A DNA stretch of 64,000 bases from Auanema rhodensis. Lineage: Eukaryota; Animalia; Nematoda. The position numbers and the translations under genes were made by a program. The notes under the pieces are model-generated. The model had not been told where the DNA came from, did no database searches, and worked only from the letters and a program-made list of their open reading frames with translations. Of the stretch, positions 12,995 to 27,147 are shown in pieces (positions within the stretch are counted from its first letter, which is position 1; every line of letters begins with the position of its first letter). The stretch spans positions 9,734,001 through 9,798,000 of the forward strand of contig OZ059898.1 in the NCBI GenBank assembly GCA_964057225.1, written 5' to 3'.

Positions 12995-13065
12995 TGCATC
13001 GGCCGGGAATCGAACCCGGGTCGCCCGCGTGGCAGGCGAGCATTCTACCACTGAACCACCGATGC
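12995..13065 (-). tRNA. trnG: tRNA-Gly(GCC)
   Basis: Identical to consensus. Confidence 0.97.
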
Positions 13066-13629
13066 TTCGAAAATGTTAGATTGTTTCCGAAAAATTATGA
13101 AAAGTCAAGTTCTACTGATTTGAAGAGAATTGTAAGTTTTAGAAAATAATTAAAAATTAGTTCTCTCTACTATTAACTGATTGTCGGCTAAAATATGGTA
13201 ACAGTTTTAATAAAAAGTTTCCATGATTAGGATTAAACAAAAAAAAAGAATTAAAGAGAAACACTTTTTGTTTACTTACTTGATTATAATACTTGAAATT
13301 CAAAAAAAAGTAAAAAACAATTGAGAAAGCGACATAAACAGTTGAACGATTTGAAGAGAATTGTAAGTTTCAGAAAAGAATTAAAGTTCAGCTATCTCTA
13401 CTTTTAACTGATTAACGGCTAAAATAAGGTAACAGTTTTTATTGAAAGTTTCCGTGATTGAGATTAAACAAAGAAAAAAAAATCAAAGAGAAACACTTCT
13501 TGTTTACTTATTTGATTATAACACTTGAAAATCCAACAAAAGTAAAATAAAACTGTGAAAGCGGGTAAAACTGTTGAACTAAAACAGTCTTTATAAAATA
13601 TAAATGATATATTTTTATAAAAGTGAAGT

Positions 13630-13700
13630 TGCATCGGCCGGGAATCGAACCCGGGTCGCCCGCGTGGCAGGCGAGCATTCTACCACTGAACCACCGATGC
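13630..13700 (-). tRNA. trnG: tRNA-Gly(GCC)
   Basis: Identical to consensus. Confidence 0.97.
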
Positions 13701-14958
13701 TTCGAAAATGTTAGATTGTTTCCGAAAAATTATGAAAAGTCAAGTTCTACTGATTTGAAGAGAATTGTAAGTTTTAGAAAATAATTAAAAATTAGTTCTC
13801 TCTACTATTTACTGATTGTCAGCTATAATATGGTAACAGTTTTTATAAAAAGTTTCCATGATTAGGATTAAACAAAAAAAAGAATTAAAGAGAAACACTT
13901 TTTGTTTACTTATTTGATTATAATACTTGAATTTCCAAAAACAGTAGAATAAAATTGAGAAAGCGACAAAAACAGTTGAACGATTTGAAGAGAATTGTAA
14001 GTTTTAGAAAAGAATTAAAGTTCAGCTATCTCTACTATTAACTGATTAACGGCTAAAATAAGGTAACAGTTTTTATTGAAAGTTTCCGTGATTGAGATAA
14101 CACAAAGAAAAAAAAATCAAAGAGAAACACTTCCTTCTTGTTTACTTATTTGATTATAACACTTGAAATTCCAACAAAAGTAAAGTAAAACTGTTAAAGC
14201 GAGTAAAACTGTTGAACGATTTGAAGAGAATTGTAAGTTTTAGAAAAGAATTAAAGTTTAGCTTTGTCTACTATTAACTGATTATCGGCTGAAATATGGT
14301 GACAGTTTTTTTTTAAAAGTTTTCATGATTAGGATTAAACAAAAAAAAGAATCAAAAAGAAACACTTCTTGTTTACTTATTTGATTATAATACTTGAAAT
14401 TCCAAAAACAGTAGAATAAAATTGAGAAAGCGACAAAAACAGTTGAACGATTTGAAGAGAATTGTAAGTTTTAGAAAATAATTAAAAATTAGTTCTCTCT
14501 ACTATTAACTGATTGTCGGCTAAAATATGGTAACAGTTTTTATAAAAAGTTTCCATGATTAGGATTAAACAAAAAAAGAATTAAAGAGAAACACTTTTTG
14601 TTTACTTATTTGATTATAATACTTGAAATTCCAAAAACAGTAGAATAAAATTGAGAAAGCGACAAAAACAGTTGAACGATTTGAAGAGAATTGTAAGTTT
14701 TAGAAAAGAATTAAAGTTCAGCTTTCTCTACTATTAACTGATTATCGGCTAAAATAAGGTAACAGTTTTTATTGAAAGTTTCCATGATTAAGATTAAACA
14801 AAGAAAAAAATCAAAGAGAAACACTTCTTGTTTACTAATTTGATTATAACACTTGAAAATCCAACAAAAGTAAAAAAAAAACTGTGAAAGCGGGTAAAAC
14901 TGTTGAACTATAACAGTCTTTATAAAATATAAATGATATTTTTTTATAAAAGTGAAGT

Positions 14959-15029
14959 TGCATCGGCCGGGAATCGAACCCGGGTCGCCCGCGTGGCAGG
15001 CGAGCATTCTACCACTGAACCACCGATGC
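14959..15029 (-). tRNA. trnG: tRNA-Gly(GCC)
   Basis: Identical to consensus. Confidence 0.97.
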
Positions 15030-15593
15030 TTCGAAAATGTTAGATTGTTTCCGAAAAATTATGAAAAGTCAAGTTCTACTGATTTGAAGAGAATTGTAAG
15101 TTTTAGAAAATAATTAAAAATTAGTTCTCTCTACTATTAACTGATTGTCGGCTAAAATATGGTAACAGTTTTAATAAAAAGTTTCCATGATTAGGATTAA
15201 ACAAAAAAAAAGAATTAAAGAGAAACACTTTTTGTTTACTTACTTGATTATAATACTTGAAATTCAAAAAAAAGTAAAAAACAATTGAGAAAGCGACATA
15301 AACAGTTGAACGATTTGAAGAGAATTGTAAGTTTCAGAAAAGAATTAAAGTTCAGCTATCTCTACTTTTAACTGATTAACGGCTAAAATAAGGTAACAGT
15401 TTTTATTGAAAGTTTCCGTGATTGAGATTAAACAAAGAAAAAAAAATCAAAGAGAAACACTTCTTGTTTACTTATTTGATTATAACACTTGAAAATCCAA
15501 CAAAAGTAAAATAAAACTGTGAAAGCGGGTAAAACTGTTGAACTAAAACAGTCTTTATAAAATATAAATGATATATTTTTATAAAAGTGAAGT

Positions 15594-15664
15594 TGCATCG
15601 GCCGGGAATCGAACCCGGGTCGCCCGCGTGGCAGGCGAGCATTCTACCACTGAACCACCGATGC
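15594..15664 (-). tRNA. trnG: tRNA-Gly(GCC)
   Basis: Identical to consensus. Confidence 0.97.
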
Positions 15665-16922
15665 TTCGAAAATGTTAGATTGTTTCCGAAAAATTATGAA
15701 AAGTCAAGTTCTACTGATTTGAAGAGAATTGTAAGTTTTAGAAAATAATTAAAAATTAGTTCTCTCTACTATTTACTGATTGTCAGCTATAATATGGTAA
15801 CAGTTTTTATAAAAAGTTTCCATGATTAGGATTAAACAAAAAAAAGAATTAAAGAGAAACACTTTTTGTTTACTTATTTGATTATAATACTTGAATTTCC
15901 AAAAACAGTAGAATAAAATTGAGAAAGCGACAAAAACAGTTGAACGATTTGAAGAGAATTGTAAGTTTTAGAAAAGAATTAAAGTTCAGCTATCTCTACT
16001 ATTAACTGATTAACGGCTAAAATAAGGTAACAGTTTTTATTGAAAGTTTCCGTGATTGAGATAACACAAAGAAAAAAAAATCAAAGAGAAACACTTCCTT
16101 CTTGTTTACTTATTTGATTATAACACTTGAAATTCCAACAAAAGTAAAGTAAAACTGTTAAAGCGAGTAAAACTGTTGAACGATTTGAAGACAATTGTAA
16201 GTTTAAGAAAAGAATTAAAGTTTAGCTTTGTCTACTATTAACTGATTATCGGCTGAAATATGGTGACAGTTTTTTTTTAAAAGTTTTCATGATTAGGATT
16301 AAACAAAAAAAAGAATCAAAAAGAAACACTTCTTGTTTACTTATTTGATTATAATACTTGAAATTCCAAAAACAGTAGAATAAAATTGAGAAAGCGACAA
16401 AAACAGTTGAACGATTTGAAGAGAATTGTAAGTTTTAGAAAATAATTAAAAATTAGTTCTCTCTACTATTAACTGATTGTCGGCTAAAATATGGTAACAG
16501 TTTTTATAAAAAGTTTCCATGATTAGGATTAAACAAAAAAAGAATTAAAGAGAAACACTTTTTGTTTACTTATTTGATTATAATACTTGAAATTCCAAAA
16601 ACAGTAGAATAAAATTGAGAAAGCGACAAAAACAGTTGAACGATTTGAAGAGAATTGTAAGTTTTAGAAAAGAATTAAAGTTCAGCTTTCTCTACTATTA
16701 ACTGATTATCGGCTAAAATAAGGTAACAGTTTTTATTGAAAGTTTCCATGATTAAGATTAAACAAAGAAAAAAATCAAAGAGAAACACTTCTTGTTTACT
16801 AATTTGATTATAACACTTGAAAATCCAACAAAAGTAAAAAAAAAACTGTGAAAGCGGGTAAAACTGTTGAACTATAACAGTCTTTATAAAATATAAATGA
16901 TATTTTTTTATAAAAGTGAAGT

Positions 16923-16993
16923 TGCATCGGCCGGGAATCGAACCCGGGTCGCCCGCGTGGCAGGCGAGCATTCTACCACTGAACCACCGATGC
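16923..16993 (-). tRNA. trnG: tRNA-Gly(GCC)
   Basis: Identical to consensus. Confidence 0.97.
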
Positions 16994-19170
16994 TTCGAAA
17001 ATGTTAGATTGTTTCCGAAAAATTATGAAAAGTCAAGTTCTACTGATTTGAAGAGAATTGTAAGTTTTAGAAAATAATTAAAAATTAGTTCTCTCTACTA
17101 TTAACTGATTGTCGGCTAAAATATGGTAACAGTTTTAATAAAAAGTTTCCATGATTAGGATTAAACAAAAAAAAAGAATTAAAGAGAAACACTTTTTGTT
17201 TACTTACTTGATTATAATACTTGAAATTCAAAAAAAAGTAAAAAACAATTGAGAAAGCGACATAAACAGTTGAACGATTTGAAGAGAATTGTAAGTTTCA
17301 GAAAAGAATTAAAGTTCAGCTATCTCTACTATTAACTGATTATCGGCTAAAATAAGGTAACAGTTTTTATTGAAAGTTTCCATGATTGAGATTAAACAAA
17401 GAAAAAAATCAAAGAGAAACACTTCTTGTTTACTAATTTGATCATAACACTTGAAATGCCAACAAAAGTAAAGTAAAACTGTTAAAGCGAGTAAAACTGT
17501 TGAACGATTTGAAGACAATTGTAAGTTGAAGAAAAAAATTAAAGTTTAGCTCTCTCTACTATTAACTGATTATCGGCTAAAATATAGTAACAGTTTTTAT
17601 TAAAAGTTTCCATGATTAAGATTAAACAAAGAAAAAAAATCAAAGAAAAACACTTCTTGTTTACTAATTTGATCATAACACTTGAAATGCCAACAAAAGT
17701 AAAGTAAAACTGTTAAAGCGAGTAAAACTGTTGAACAATTTGAAGACAATTGTAAGTTGAAGAAAAAAATTAAAGTTTAGCTCTCTCTACTATTAACTGA
17801 ATGTCGGCTAAAATATGGTAACAGTTTTAATAAAAAGTTTCCATGATTAGGATTAAACAAAAAAAAGAATTAAAGAGAAACACTTTTTGTTTACTTATTT
17901 GATTATAATACTTGAAATTCCAAAAACAGTAAAATAAAATTGAGAAAGCGACAAAAACAGTTGAACGATTTGAAGACAATTGTAAGTTTAAGAAAAGAAT
18001 TAAAGTTTAGCTTTGTCTACTATTAACTGATTATCGGCTGAAATATGGTGACAGTTTTTTTTTAAAAGTTTTCATGATTAGGATTAAACAAAAAAAAGAA
18101 TCAAAAAGAAACACTTCTTGTTTACTTATTTGATTATAATACTTGAAATTTCAAAAACAGTAGAATAAAATTGAGAAAGCGACAAAAACAGTTGAACGAT
18201 TTGAAGAGAATTGTAAGTTTTAGAAAAGAATTAAAGTTTAGCTCTCTCTACTATTAACTGATTATCGGCTAAAATATAGTAACAGTTTTTATTAAAAGTT
18301 TCCATGATTAAGATTAAACAAAGAAAAAAAATCAAAGAAAAACACTTCTTGTTTACTAATTTGATCATAACACTTGAAATGCCAACAAAAGTAAAGTAAA
18401 ACTGTTAAAGCGAGTAAAACTGTTGAACAATTTGAAGACAATTGTAAGTTGAAGAAAAAAATTAAAGTTTAGCTCTCTCTACTATTAACTGAATGTCGGC
18501 TAAAATATGGTAACAGTTTTTATCAAAAGTTTCCATGATTAAGATTAAACAAAGAAAAAAAATCAAAAAGAAACACTTCTTGTTTACTTACTTGATTATA
18601 ATACTTGAAATTCCAAAAACAGTAGAATAAAATAGAGAAAACGACAAAAACAGTTGAACGATTTGAAGACAATTGTAAGTTTTAGAAAATAATTAAAAAT
18701 TAGTTCTCTCTACTATTAACTGATTGTCGGCTAAAATATGGTAACAGTTTTTATAAAAAGGTTCCATGATTAGGACTAAACAAAAAAAAAATCAAAAAGA
18801 AACACTTCTTGTTTACTTACTTGATTATAATACTTGAAATTCAAAAAAAAGTAAAAAACAATTGAGAAAGCGACATAAACAGTTGAACGATTTGAAGAGA
18901 ATTGTAAGTTTCAGAAAAGAATTAAAGTTCAGCTATCTCTACTTTTAACTGATTAACGGCTAAAATAAGGTAACAGTTTTTATTGAAAGTTTCCGTGATT
19001 GAGATTAAACAAAGAAAAAATAATCAAAGAGAAACACTTCTTGTTTACTTATTTGATTATAACACTTGAAAATCCAACAAAAGTAAAATAAAACTGTGAA
19101 AGCGGGTAAAACTGTTGAACTAAAACAGTCTTTATAAAATATAAATGATATATTTTTATAAAAGTGAAGT

Positions 19171-19241
19171 TGCATCGGCCGGGAATCGAACCCGGGTCAC
19201 CCGCGTGGCAGGCGAGCATTCTACCACTGAACCACCGATGC
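19171..19241 (-). tRNA. trnG: tRNA-Gly(GCC), C44U variant
   Basis: Consensus except gtcAccc. Confidence 0.95.
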
Positions 19242-20268
19242 TTCGAAAATGTTAGATTGTTTCCGAAAAATTATGAAAAGTCAAGTTCTACTGATTTGAA
19301 GAGAATTGTAAGTTTTAGAAAATAATTAAAAATTAGTTCTCTCTACTATTAACTGATTAACGGCTAAAATAAGGTAACAGTTTTTATTGAAAGTTTCCGT
19401 GATTGAGATAACACAAAGAAAAAAAAATCAAAGAGAAACACTTCCTTCTTGTTTACTTATTTGATTATAACACTTGAAATTCCAACAAAAGTAAAGTAAA
19501 ACTGTTAAAGCGAGTAAAACTGTTGAACGATTTGAAGAGAATTGTAAGTTTTAGAAAAGAATTAAAGTTTAGCTTTGTCTACTATTAACTGATTATCGGC
19601 TGAAATATGGTGACAGTTTTTTTTTAAAAGTTTTCATGATTAGGATTAAACAAAAAAAAGAATCAAAAAGAAACACTTCTTGTTTACTTATTTGATTATA
19701 ATACTTGAAATTCCAAAAACAGTAGAATAAAATTGAGAAAGCGACAAAAACAGTTGAACGATTTGAAGAGAATTGTAAGTTTTAGAAAATAATTAAAAAT
19801 TAGTTCTCTCTACTATTAACTGATTGTCGGCTAAAATATGGTAACAGTTTTTATAAAAAGTTTCCATGATTAGGATTAAACAAAAAAAGAATTAAAGAGA
19901 AACACTTTTTGTTTACTTATTTGATTATAATACTTGAAATTCCAAAAACAGTAGAATAAAATTGAGAAAGCGACAAAAACAGTTGAACGATTTGAAGAGA
20001 ATTGTAAGTTTTAGAAAAGAATTAAAGTTCAGCTTTCTCTACTATTAACTGATTATCGGCTAAAATAAGGTAACAGTTTTTATTGAAAGTTTCCATGATT
20101 AAGATTAAACAAAGAAAAAAATCAAAGAGAAACACTTCTTGTTTACTAATTTGATTATAACACTTGAAAATCCAACAAAAGTAAAAAAAAACTGTGAAAG
20201 CGGGTAAAACTGTTGAACTATAACAGTCTTTATAAAATATAAATGATATTTTTTTATAAAAGTGAAGT

Positions 20269-20339
20269 TGCATCGGCCGGGAATCGAACCCGGGTCGCCC
20301 GCGTGGCAGGCGAGCATTCTACCACTGAACCACCGATGC
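20269..20339 (-). tRNA. trnG: tRNA-Gly(GCC)
   Basis: Identical to consensus. Confidence 0.97.
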
Positions 20340-20903
20340 TTCGAAAATGTTAGATTGTTTCCGAAAAATTATGAAAAGTCAAGTTCTACTGATTTGAAGA
20401 GAATTGTAAGTTTTAGAAAATAATTAAAAATTAGTTCTCTCTACTATTAACTGATTGTCGGCTAAAATATGGTAACAGTTTTAATAAAAAGTTTCCATGA
20501 TTAGGATTAAACAAAAAAAAAGAATTAAAGAGAAACACTTTTTGTTTACTTACTTGATTATAATACTTGAAATTCAAAAAAAAGTAAAAAACAATTGAGA
20601 AAGCGACATAAACAGTTGAACGATTTGAAGAGAATTGTAAGTTTCAGAAAAGAATTAAAGTTCAGCTATCTCTACTTTTAACTGATTAACGGCTAAAATA
20701 AGGTAACAGTTTTTATTGAAAGTTTCCGTGATTGAGATTAAACAAAGAAAAAAAAATCAAAGAGAAACACTTCTTGTTTACTTATTTGATTATAACACTT
20801 GAAAATCCAACAAAAGTAAAATAAAACTGTGAAAGCGGGTAAAACTGTTGAACTAAAACAGTCTTTATAAAATATAAATGATATATTTTTATAAAAGTGA
20901 AGT

Positions 20904-20974
20904 TGCATCGGCCGGGAATCGAACCCGGGTCGCCCGCGTGGCAGGCGAGCATTCTACCACTGAACCACCGATGC
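20904..20974 (-). tRNA. trnG: tRNA-Gly(GCC)
   Basis: Identical to consensus. Confidence 0.97.
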
Positions 20975-22232
20975 TTCGAAAATGTTAGATTGTTTCCGAA
21001 AAATTATGAAAAGTCAAGTTCTACTGATTTGAAGAGAATTGTAAGTTTTAGAAAATAATTAAAAATTAGTTCTCTCTACTATTTACTGATTGTCAGCTAT
21101 AATATGGTAACAGTTTTTATAAAAAGTTTCCATGATTAGGATTAAACAAAAAAAAGAATTAAAGAGAAACACTTTTTGTTTACTTATTTGATTATAATAC
21201 TTGAATTTCCAAAAACAGTAGAATAAAATTGAGAAAGCGACAAAAACAGTTGAACGATTTGAAGAGAATTGTAAGTTTTAGAAAAGAATTAAAGTTCAGC
21301 TATCTCTACTATTAACTGATTAACGGCTAAAATAAGGTAACAGTTTTTATTGAAAGTTTCCGTGATTGAGATAACACAAAGAAAAAAAAATCAAAGAGAA
21401 ACACTTCCTTCTTGTTTACTTATTTGATTATAACACTTGAAATTCCAACAAAAGTAAAGTAAAACTGTTAAAGCGAGTAAAACTGTTGAACGATTTGAAG
21501 ACAATTGTAAGTTTAAGAAAAGAATTAAAGTTTAGCTTTGTCTACTATTAACTGATTATCGGCTGAAATATGGTGACAGTTTTTTTTTAAAAGTTTTCAT
21601 GATTAGGATTAAACAAAAAAAAGAATCAAAAAGAAACACTTCTTGTTTACTTATTTGATTATAATACTTGAAATTCCAAAAACAGTAGAATAAAATTGAG
21701 AAAGCGACAAAAACAGTTGAACGATTTGAAGAGAATTGTAAGTTTTAGAAAATAATTAAAAATTAGTTCTCTCTACTATTAACTGATTGTCGGCTAAAAT
21801 ATGGTAACAGTTTTTATAAAAAGTTTCCATGATTAGGATTAAACAAAAAAAGAATTAAAGAGAAACACTTTTTGTTTACTTATTTGATTATAATACTTGA
21901 AATTCCAAAAACAGTAGAATAAAATTGAGAAAGCGACAAAAACAGTTGAACGATTTGAAGAGAATTGTAAGTTTTAGAAAAGAATTAAAGTTCAGCTTTC
22001 TCTACTATTAACTGATTATCGGCTAAAATAAGGTAACAGTTTTTATTGAAAGTTTCCATGATTAAGATTAAACAAAGAAAAAAATCAAAGAGAAACACTT
22101 CTTGTTTACTAATTTGATTATAACACTTGAAAATCCAACAAAAGTAAAAAAAAAACTGTGAAAGCGGGTAAAACTGTTGAACTATAACAGTCTTTATAAA
22201 ATATAAATGATATTTATTTATAAAAGTGAAGT

Positions 22233-22303
22233 TGCATCGGCCGGGAATCGAACCCGGGTCGCCCGCGTGGCAGGCGAGCATTCTACCACTGAACCACCGA
22301 TGC
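22233..22303 (-). tRNA. trnG: tRNA-Gly(GCC)
   Basis: Identical to consensus. Confidence 0.97.
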
Positions 22304-24709
22304 TTCGAAAATGTTAGATTGTTTCCGAAAAATTATGAAAAGTCAAGTTCTACTGATTTGAAGAGAATTGTAAGTTTTAGAAAATAATTAAAAATTAGTT
22401 CTCTCTACTATTAACTGATTGTCGGCTAAAATATGGTAACAGTTTTAATAAAAAGTTTCCATGATTAGGATTAAACAAAAAAAAAGAATTAAAGAGAAAC
22501 ACTTTTTGTTTACTTACTTGATTATAATACTTGAAATTCAAAAAAAAGTAAAAAACAATTGAGAAAGCGACATAAACAGTTGAACGATTTGAAGAGAATT
22601 GTAAGTTTCAGAAAAGAATTAAAGTTCAGCTATCTCTACTATTAACTGTTTATCGGCTAAAATAAGGTAACAGTTTTCATTGAAAGTTTCCATGATTGAG
22701 ATTAAACAAAGAAAAAAATCAAAGAGAAACACTTCTTGTTTACTAATTTGATCATAACACTTGAAATGCCAACAAAAGTAAAGTAAAACTGTTAAAGCGA
22801 GTAAAACTGTTGAACGATTTGAAGACAATTGTAAGTTGAAGAAAAAAATTAAAGTTTAGCTCTCTCTACTATTAACTGATTATCGGCTAAAATATAGTAA
22901 CAGTTTTTATTAAAAGTTTCCATGATTAAGATTAAACAAAGAAAAAAAATCAAAGAAAAACACTTCTTGTTTACTAATTTGATCATAACACTTGAAATGC
23001 CAACAAAAGTAAAGTAAAACTGTTAAAGCGAGTAAAACTGTTGAACAATTTGAAGACAATTGTAAGTTGAAGAAAAAAATTAAAGTTTAGCTCTCTCTAC
23101 TATTAACTGAATGTCGGCTAAAATATGGTAACAGTTTTAATAAAAAGTTTCCATGATTAGGATTAAACAAAAAAAAGAATTAAAGAGAAACACTTTTTGT
23201 TTACTTATTTGATTATAATACTTGAAATTCCAAAAACAGTAAAATAAAATTGAGAAAGCGACAAAAACAGTTGAACGATTTGAAGACAATTGTAAGTTTA
23301 AGAAAAAAATTAAAGTTTAGCTTTGTCTACTATTAACTGATTATCGGCTGAAATATGGTGACAGTTTTTTTTTAAAAGTTTTCATGATTAGGATTAAACA
23401 AAAAAAAGAATCAAAAAGAAACACTTCTTGTTTACTTATTTGATTATAACACTTGAAGTTCCAACAAAAGTAAAGTAAAACTGTTAAAGCGAGTAAAACT
23501 GTTGAACGATTTGAAGACAATTGTAAGTTGAAGAAAAAAATTAAAGTTTAGCTCTCTCTACTATTAACTGATTATCGGCTAAAATATAGTAACAGTTTTT
23601 ATTAAAAGTTTCCATGATTAAGATTAAACAAAGAAAAAAAATCAAAGAAAAACACTTCTTGTTTACTAATTTGATCATAACACTTGAAATGCCAACAAAA
23701 GTAAAGTAAAACTGTTAAAGCGAGTAAAACTGTTGAACAATTTGAAGACAATTGTAAGTTGAAGAAAAAAATTAAAGTTTAGCTCTCTCTACTATTAACT
23801 GAATGTCGGCTAAAATATGGTAACAGTTTTTATCAAAAGTTTCCATGATTAAGATTAAACAAAGAAAAAAAATCAAAAAGAAACACTTCTTGTTTACTTA
23901 CTTGATTATAATACTTGAAATTCCAAAAACAGTAGAATAAAATAGAGAAAACGACAAAAACAGTTGAACGATTTGAAGACAATTGTAAGTTTTAGAAAAT
24001 AATTAAAAATTAGTTCTCTCTACTATTAACTGATTGTCGGCTAAAATATGGTAACAGTTTTTATAAAAAGGTTCCATGATTAGGACTAAACAAAAAAAAA
24101 TCAAAAAGAAACACTTCTTGTTTACTTACTTGATTATAATACTTGAAATTCAAAAAAAAGTAAAAAACAATTGAGAAAGCGACATAAACAGTTGAACGAT
24201 TTGAAGAGAATTGTAAGTTTCAGAAAAGAATTAAAGTTCAGCTATCTCTACTTTTAACTGATTACCGGCTAAAATAAGGTAACAGTTTTTATTGAAAGTT
24301 TCCGTGATTGAGATTAAACAAAGAAAAAAAAATCAAAGAGAAACACTTCTTGTTTACTTATTTAATTATAACACTTGAAATTCCAACAAAAGTAAAGTAA
24401 AACTGTTAAAGCGAGTAAAACTGTTGAACGATTTGAAGACAATTGTAAGTTGAAGAAAAAAATTAAAGTTCAGCTATCTCTACTTTCAACTGATTAACGG
24501 CTAAAATATAGTAACAGTTTTTATTAAAAGTTTCCATGATTAAGATTAAACAAAGAAAAAAATCAAAGAGAAACACTTCTTGTATACTAATTTGATTATA
24601 ACACTTGAAAATCCAACAAAAGTAAAATAAAACTGTGAAAGCGGGTAAAACTGTTGAACTAAAACAGTCTTTATAAAATATAAATGATATATTTTTATAA
24701 AAGTGAAGT

Positions 24710-24755
24710 TGCATCGGCGTGGCAGGCGAGCATTCTACCACTGAACCACCGATGC
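24710..24755 (-). pseudogene. tRNA-Gly(GCC) pseudogene, 25-bp internal deletion (3' anticodon stem, variable loop, T arm/B box)
   Basis: Reads tgcatcggc|gtggcagg; cgggaatcgaacccgggtcgcccgc is missing; 46 nt remain. Confidence 0.93.
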
Positions 24756-25776
24756 TTCGAAAATGTTAGATTGTTTCCGAAAAATTAGGAAAAGTCAAGT
24801 TCTACTGATTTGAAGAGAATTGTAAGTTTTAGAAAATAATTAAAAATTAGTTCTCTCTACTATTAACTGATTGTCGGCTAAAATATGGTAACAGTTTTTA
24901 TAAAAAGTTTCCATGATTAGGATTAAACAAAAAAAAGAATTAAAGAGAAACACTTTTTGTTTACTTATTTGATTATAATACTTGAAATTTCAAAAACAGT
25001 AGAATAAAATTGAGAAAGCGACAAAAACAGTTGAACGATTTGAAGAGAATTGTAAGTTTTAGAAAAGAATTAAGGTTCAGCTATCTCTACTTTTAACTGA
25101 TTGTCGGCTAAAATATGGTAACAGTTTTTATAAAAAGTTTCCATGATTAGGATTAAACAAAAAAAAGAATTAAAGAGAAACACTTTTTGTTTACTTATTT
25201 GATTATAATACTTGAAATTTCAAAAACAGTAGAATAAAATTGAGAAAGCGACAAAAACAGTTGAACGATTTGAAGAGAATTGTAAGTTTTAGAAAAGAAT
25301 TAAGGTTCAGCTATCTCTACTTTTAACTGATTGTCGGCTAAAATATGGTAACAGTTTTTATAAAAAGTTTCCATGATTAGGATTAAACAAAAAAAAGAAT
25401 TAAAGAGAAACACTTTTTGTTTACTTATTTGATTATAATACTTGAAATTTCAAAAACAATAGAATAAAATTGAGAAAGCGACAAAAACAGTTGAACGATT
25501 TGAAGACAATTGTAAGTTGAAGAAAAAAATTAAAGTTCAGCTATCTCTACTTTCAACTGATTAACGGCTAAAATATAGTAACAGTTTTTATTAAAAGTTT
25601 CCATGATTAAGATTAAACAAAGAAAAAAATCAAAGAGAAACACTTCTTGTATACTAATTTGATTATAACACTTGAAAATCCAACAAAAGTAAAATAAAAC
25701 TGTGAAAGCGGGTAAAACTGTTGAACTAAAACAGTCTTTATAAAATATAAATGATATATTTTTATAAAAGTGAAGT

Positions 25777-25822
25777 TGCATCGGCGTGGCAGGCGAGCAT
25801 TCTACCACTGAACCACCGATGC
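25777..25822 (-). pseudogene. tRNA-Gly(GCC) pseudogene, same 25-bp deletion
   Basis: Same junction, 1067 bp after the previous copy. Confidence 0.93.
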
Positions 25823-27076
25823 TTCGAAAATGTTAGATTGTTTCCGAAAAATTAGGAAAAGTCAAGTTCTACTGATTTGAAGAGAATTGTAAGTTTTAGA
25901 AAATAATTAAAAATTAGTTCTCTCTACTATTAACTGATTGTCGGCTAAAATATGGTAACAGTTTTTATAAAAAGTTTCCATGATTAGGATTAAACAAAAA
26001 AAAGAATTAAAGAGAAACACTTTTTGTTTACTTATTTGATTATAATACTTGAAATTTCAAAAACAGTAGAATAAAATTGAGAAAGCGACAAAAACAGTTG
26101 AACGATTTGAAGAGAATTGTAAGTTTTAGAAAAGAATTAAAGTTCAGCTATCTCTACTATTAACTGACTATCGGCTAAAATAAGGTAACAGTTTTTATTG
26201 AAAGTTTCCATGATTAAGATTAAACAAAGAAAAAAATCAGAGAGAAACACTTCTTGTTTACTTACTTGATTATAATACTTGAAATTCCAAAAACAGTAAA
26301 ATAAAATTGAGAAAGCGACAAAAACAGTTGAACGATTTGAAGACAATTGTAAGTTTAAGAAAAGAATTAAAGTTTAGCTTTGTCTACTATTAACTGAATG
26401 TCGGCTAAAATATGGTAACAGTTTTTATCAAAAGTTTCCATGATTAAGATTGAACAAAGAAAAAAAATCAAAAAGAAACACTTCTTGTTTACTTACTTGA
26501 TTATAATACTTGAAATTCCAAAAACAGTAGAATAAAATAGAGAAAACGACAAAAACAGTTGAACGATTTGAAGACAATTGTAAGTTTTAGAAAATAATTA
26601 AAAATTAGTTCTCTCTACTATTAACTGATTGTCGGCTAAAATATGGTAACAGTTTTTATAAAAAGGTTCCATGATTAGGACTAAACAAAAAAAAGATTCA
26701 AAAAGAAACACTTCTTGTTTACTTACTTGATTATAATACTTGAAATTCAAAAAAAAGTAAAAAACAATTGAGAAAGCGACATAAACAGTTGAACGATTTG
26801 AAGAGAATTGTAAGTTTCAGAAAAGAATTAAAGTTCAGCTATCTCTACTTTTAACTGATTAACGGCTAAAATAAGGTAACAGTTTTTATTGAAAGTTTCC
26901 GTGATTGAGATTAAACAAAGAAAAAAAAATCAAAGAGAAACACTTCTTGTTTACTTATTTGATTATAACACTTGAAAATCCAACAAAAGTAAAATAAAAC
27001 TGTGAAAGCGGGTAAAACTGTTGAACTAAAACAGTCTTTATAAAATATAAATGATATATTTTTATAAAAGTGAAGT

Positions 27077-27147
27077 TGCATCGGCCGGGAATCGAACCCG
27101 GGTCGCCCGCGTGGCAGGCGAGCATTCTACCACTGAACCACCGATGC
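27077..27147 (-). tRNA. trnG: tRNA-Gly(GCC)
   Basis: Identical to consensus. Confidence 0.97.

Larger units (their letters stand above)
9680..17330. repeat. Higher-order repeats of 1733 bp (6 monomers, 2 tRNAs) then 1964 bp (7 monomers, 2 tRNAs); boundaries approximate
   Basis: 10163->11896 and 11262->12995 = 1733; 12995->14959->16923 and 13630->15594 = 1964. Confidence 0.82.

Noticed and set aside
24710-24755. Functional T-armless tRNA like those of nematode or arachnid mitochondria
   Set aside because: The deletion also removes the 3' strand of the anticodon stem (at most 2 bp can re-form) and the B box needed for nuclear Pol III transcription.
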